NCBI GenBank assembly: GCA_965637545.1
Contig: OZ281495.1
Span: 31,806,001-31,870,000, forward strand
Direction of reading: 5' to 3'
DNA: 64,000 bases
Source: Phallusia mammillata
Taxonomy: Eukaryota
Made by a program: the position numbers and the translations under genes. Of the stretch, positions 62,698-64,000 are shown piece after piece (the stretch's first letter is position 1; each line of letters starts with the position of its first letter). The notes beneath the pieces were generated by a model. It searched no databases. It had not been told where the DNA came from and was given only the letters and a program-made list of their open reading frames with translations.

Positions 62698-64000
62698 GGT
62701 TACTTATGAACATGGCACATCAAAAGGTTACAACTTGGCTCCGTGGGTGAATTTAATATTTGTCAGCTGAACACATTCCCGGAAAGCTTTACTTGACACT
62801 GTGATTAAACAGAAGCCTAAAACCGTAAGATATGCACATAGCAACACCAACTAGATGTCATGAAAGCCAAAGATCAATGTCGACAGAGTTATGCAATTGG
62901 CTGTAAAATAGCATATCAAATTCACAAAACTAAACATATCAGGTTCACAAACCTAAACTATCAAGTCGTATCAAGTCACAAACTATCAACATATTAAGTC
63001 GTGTTGGTATAAAAATTGGACATTTTTACATATTTGTTCCACACAAGCAGTTGTTAGACGCTTACAACTTTAAAGCCTTATCTACAAAACGGTACAAATA
63101 CATAACAATATCTTACGTGCCACGCTGACGTAAGATAACGGTGCTAAACATATAACTCCGTCTCTGAGCTTGATTAGAATGCTAACTACTGGTGAGCTTA
63201 TGTAGATTTAATACATTTTATTGCAAACTGTTTGAAGGCGCTCGTACTAAGCGGCACCTGAAGTTACTTTTTGTACTAACACTACCCACTGTAGTATATG
63301 TAATTAACATGCAATAAAATGTAGGCTATTCACCTTACACTCTCTCAAGTAGTAGAATTTAACTATAAGACTGCTAGTCGTATTTAAAATGCACTAGCTC
63401 TTTTATGGAGGGGATGTCACATAAACATACACTGTACGGTCGCTATTTCCGCTTTTCAGTTTCAATATGCGCAACTGTATTGTTGCGGGAAATGGTATAA
63501 ACACGTCACTAATCGAACTACATCACAGAAAAAATTTCAGTGTATTATGAGTAAGAAGCTGTTTGACCAATCTTATATATTTTGAACCAACGCGGTTTAA
63601 TGGGAATATTTTGAAAAAAAAGTCCTTCAAACGATCAGTATTTGTAAATCAAACGACTTTTACGTTACAATTTTGCCACAGCAACGTCCAAACCTACAAT
63701 GAACCATATTTAAAGCCGTATTAGTCTAATGTAATAAAAAATACAAGAAAAATATAAGCAGTTTCGAAGAATTATTGACGAAGTAATAGATATTTCACCC
63801 TTTTGAGCAATCTCATATTCAAATAAAGTTTAGAATTGGAGACAATACGCGTAGACGTGTTGTGTGGAGATGTAACACAAAACAAACAAAGACAACACAG
63901 ATTTGTTTTAAATACATAATCGATATATTTTCGGAAACTCTCAAACAATTCACCCCAGGATAACCTATACGCAACGACAGGTTGTAATTATGTTCCAATA

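Larger units (their letters stand above)
53807..63546. repeat. Tandem segmental duplication: unit A 53807-58586, unit B 58599-63546
   Basis: Collinear homology covers the BNC exon end, 3' UTR, 2-TM gene and its 5' flank. Homology stops at CAGTGTATT (58586/63546). The junction carries a short CAGTGTA re-duplication. Confidence 0.95.

Overview
Eukaryotic (animal) genomic DNA: AT-rich, CpG not depleted, GT-AG introns. An invertebrate chordate, probably an ascidian, is inferred from the basonuclin sequence and genome style; this is not proven. The first ~40 kb hold no recognisable protein-coding gene. They are a regulatory 'desert' with hAT MITEs (8-bp TSDs), tRNA-derived SINE heads, small satellites, CpG/G-rich patches and a cluster of Penelope-type hammerhead-ribozyme (HHR) motifs. 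Three insertions of one ~125-nt HHR-bearing mini-retroelement have 12-15-bp TSDs, and one type I HHR at 7242-7298 is complete. A multi-exon basonuclin/disconnected-family gene lies on + (8 coding exons resolved, 40980-54209, 1231 aa plus an unresolved N-terminus). It has the N-terminal BNC domain and zinc-finger pairs 2 and 3 but apparently not pair 1. Its last exon and a convergent intronless 375-aa two-TM gene (PSAP and PPxY motifs) lie in a ~4.8-4.95-kb tandem duplication (53807-58586 and 58599-63546). The second unit holds an intact 2-TM paralogue and a rearranged basonuclin 3' fragment that still forms an ORF. All alignments and counts were done by eye; no database searches were run.
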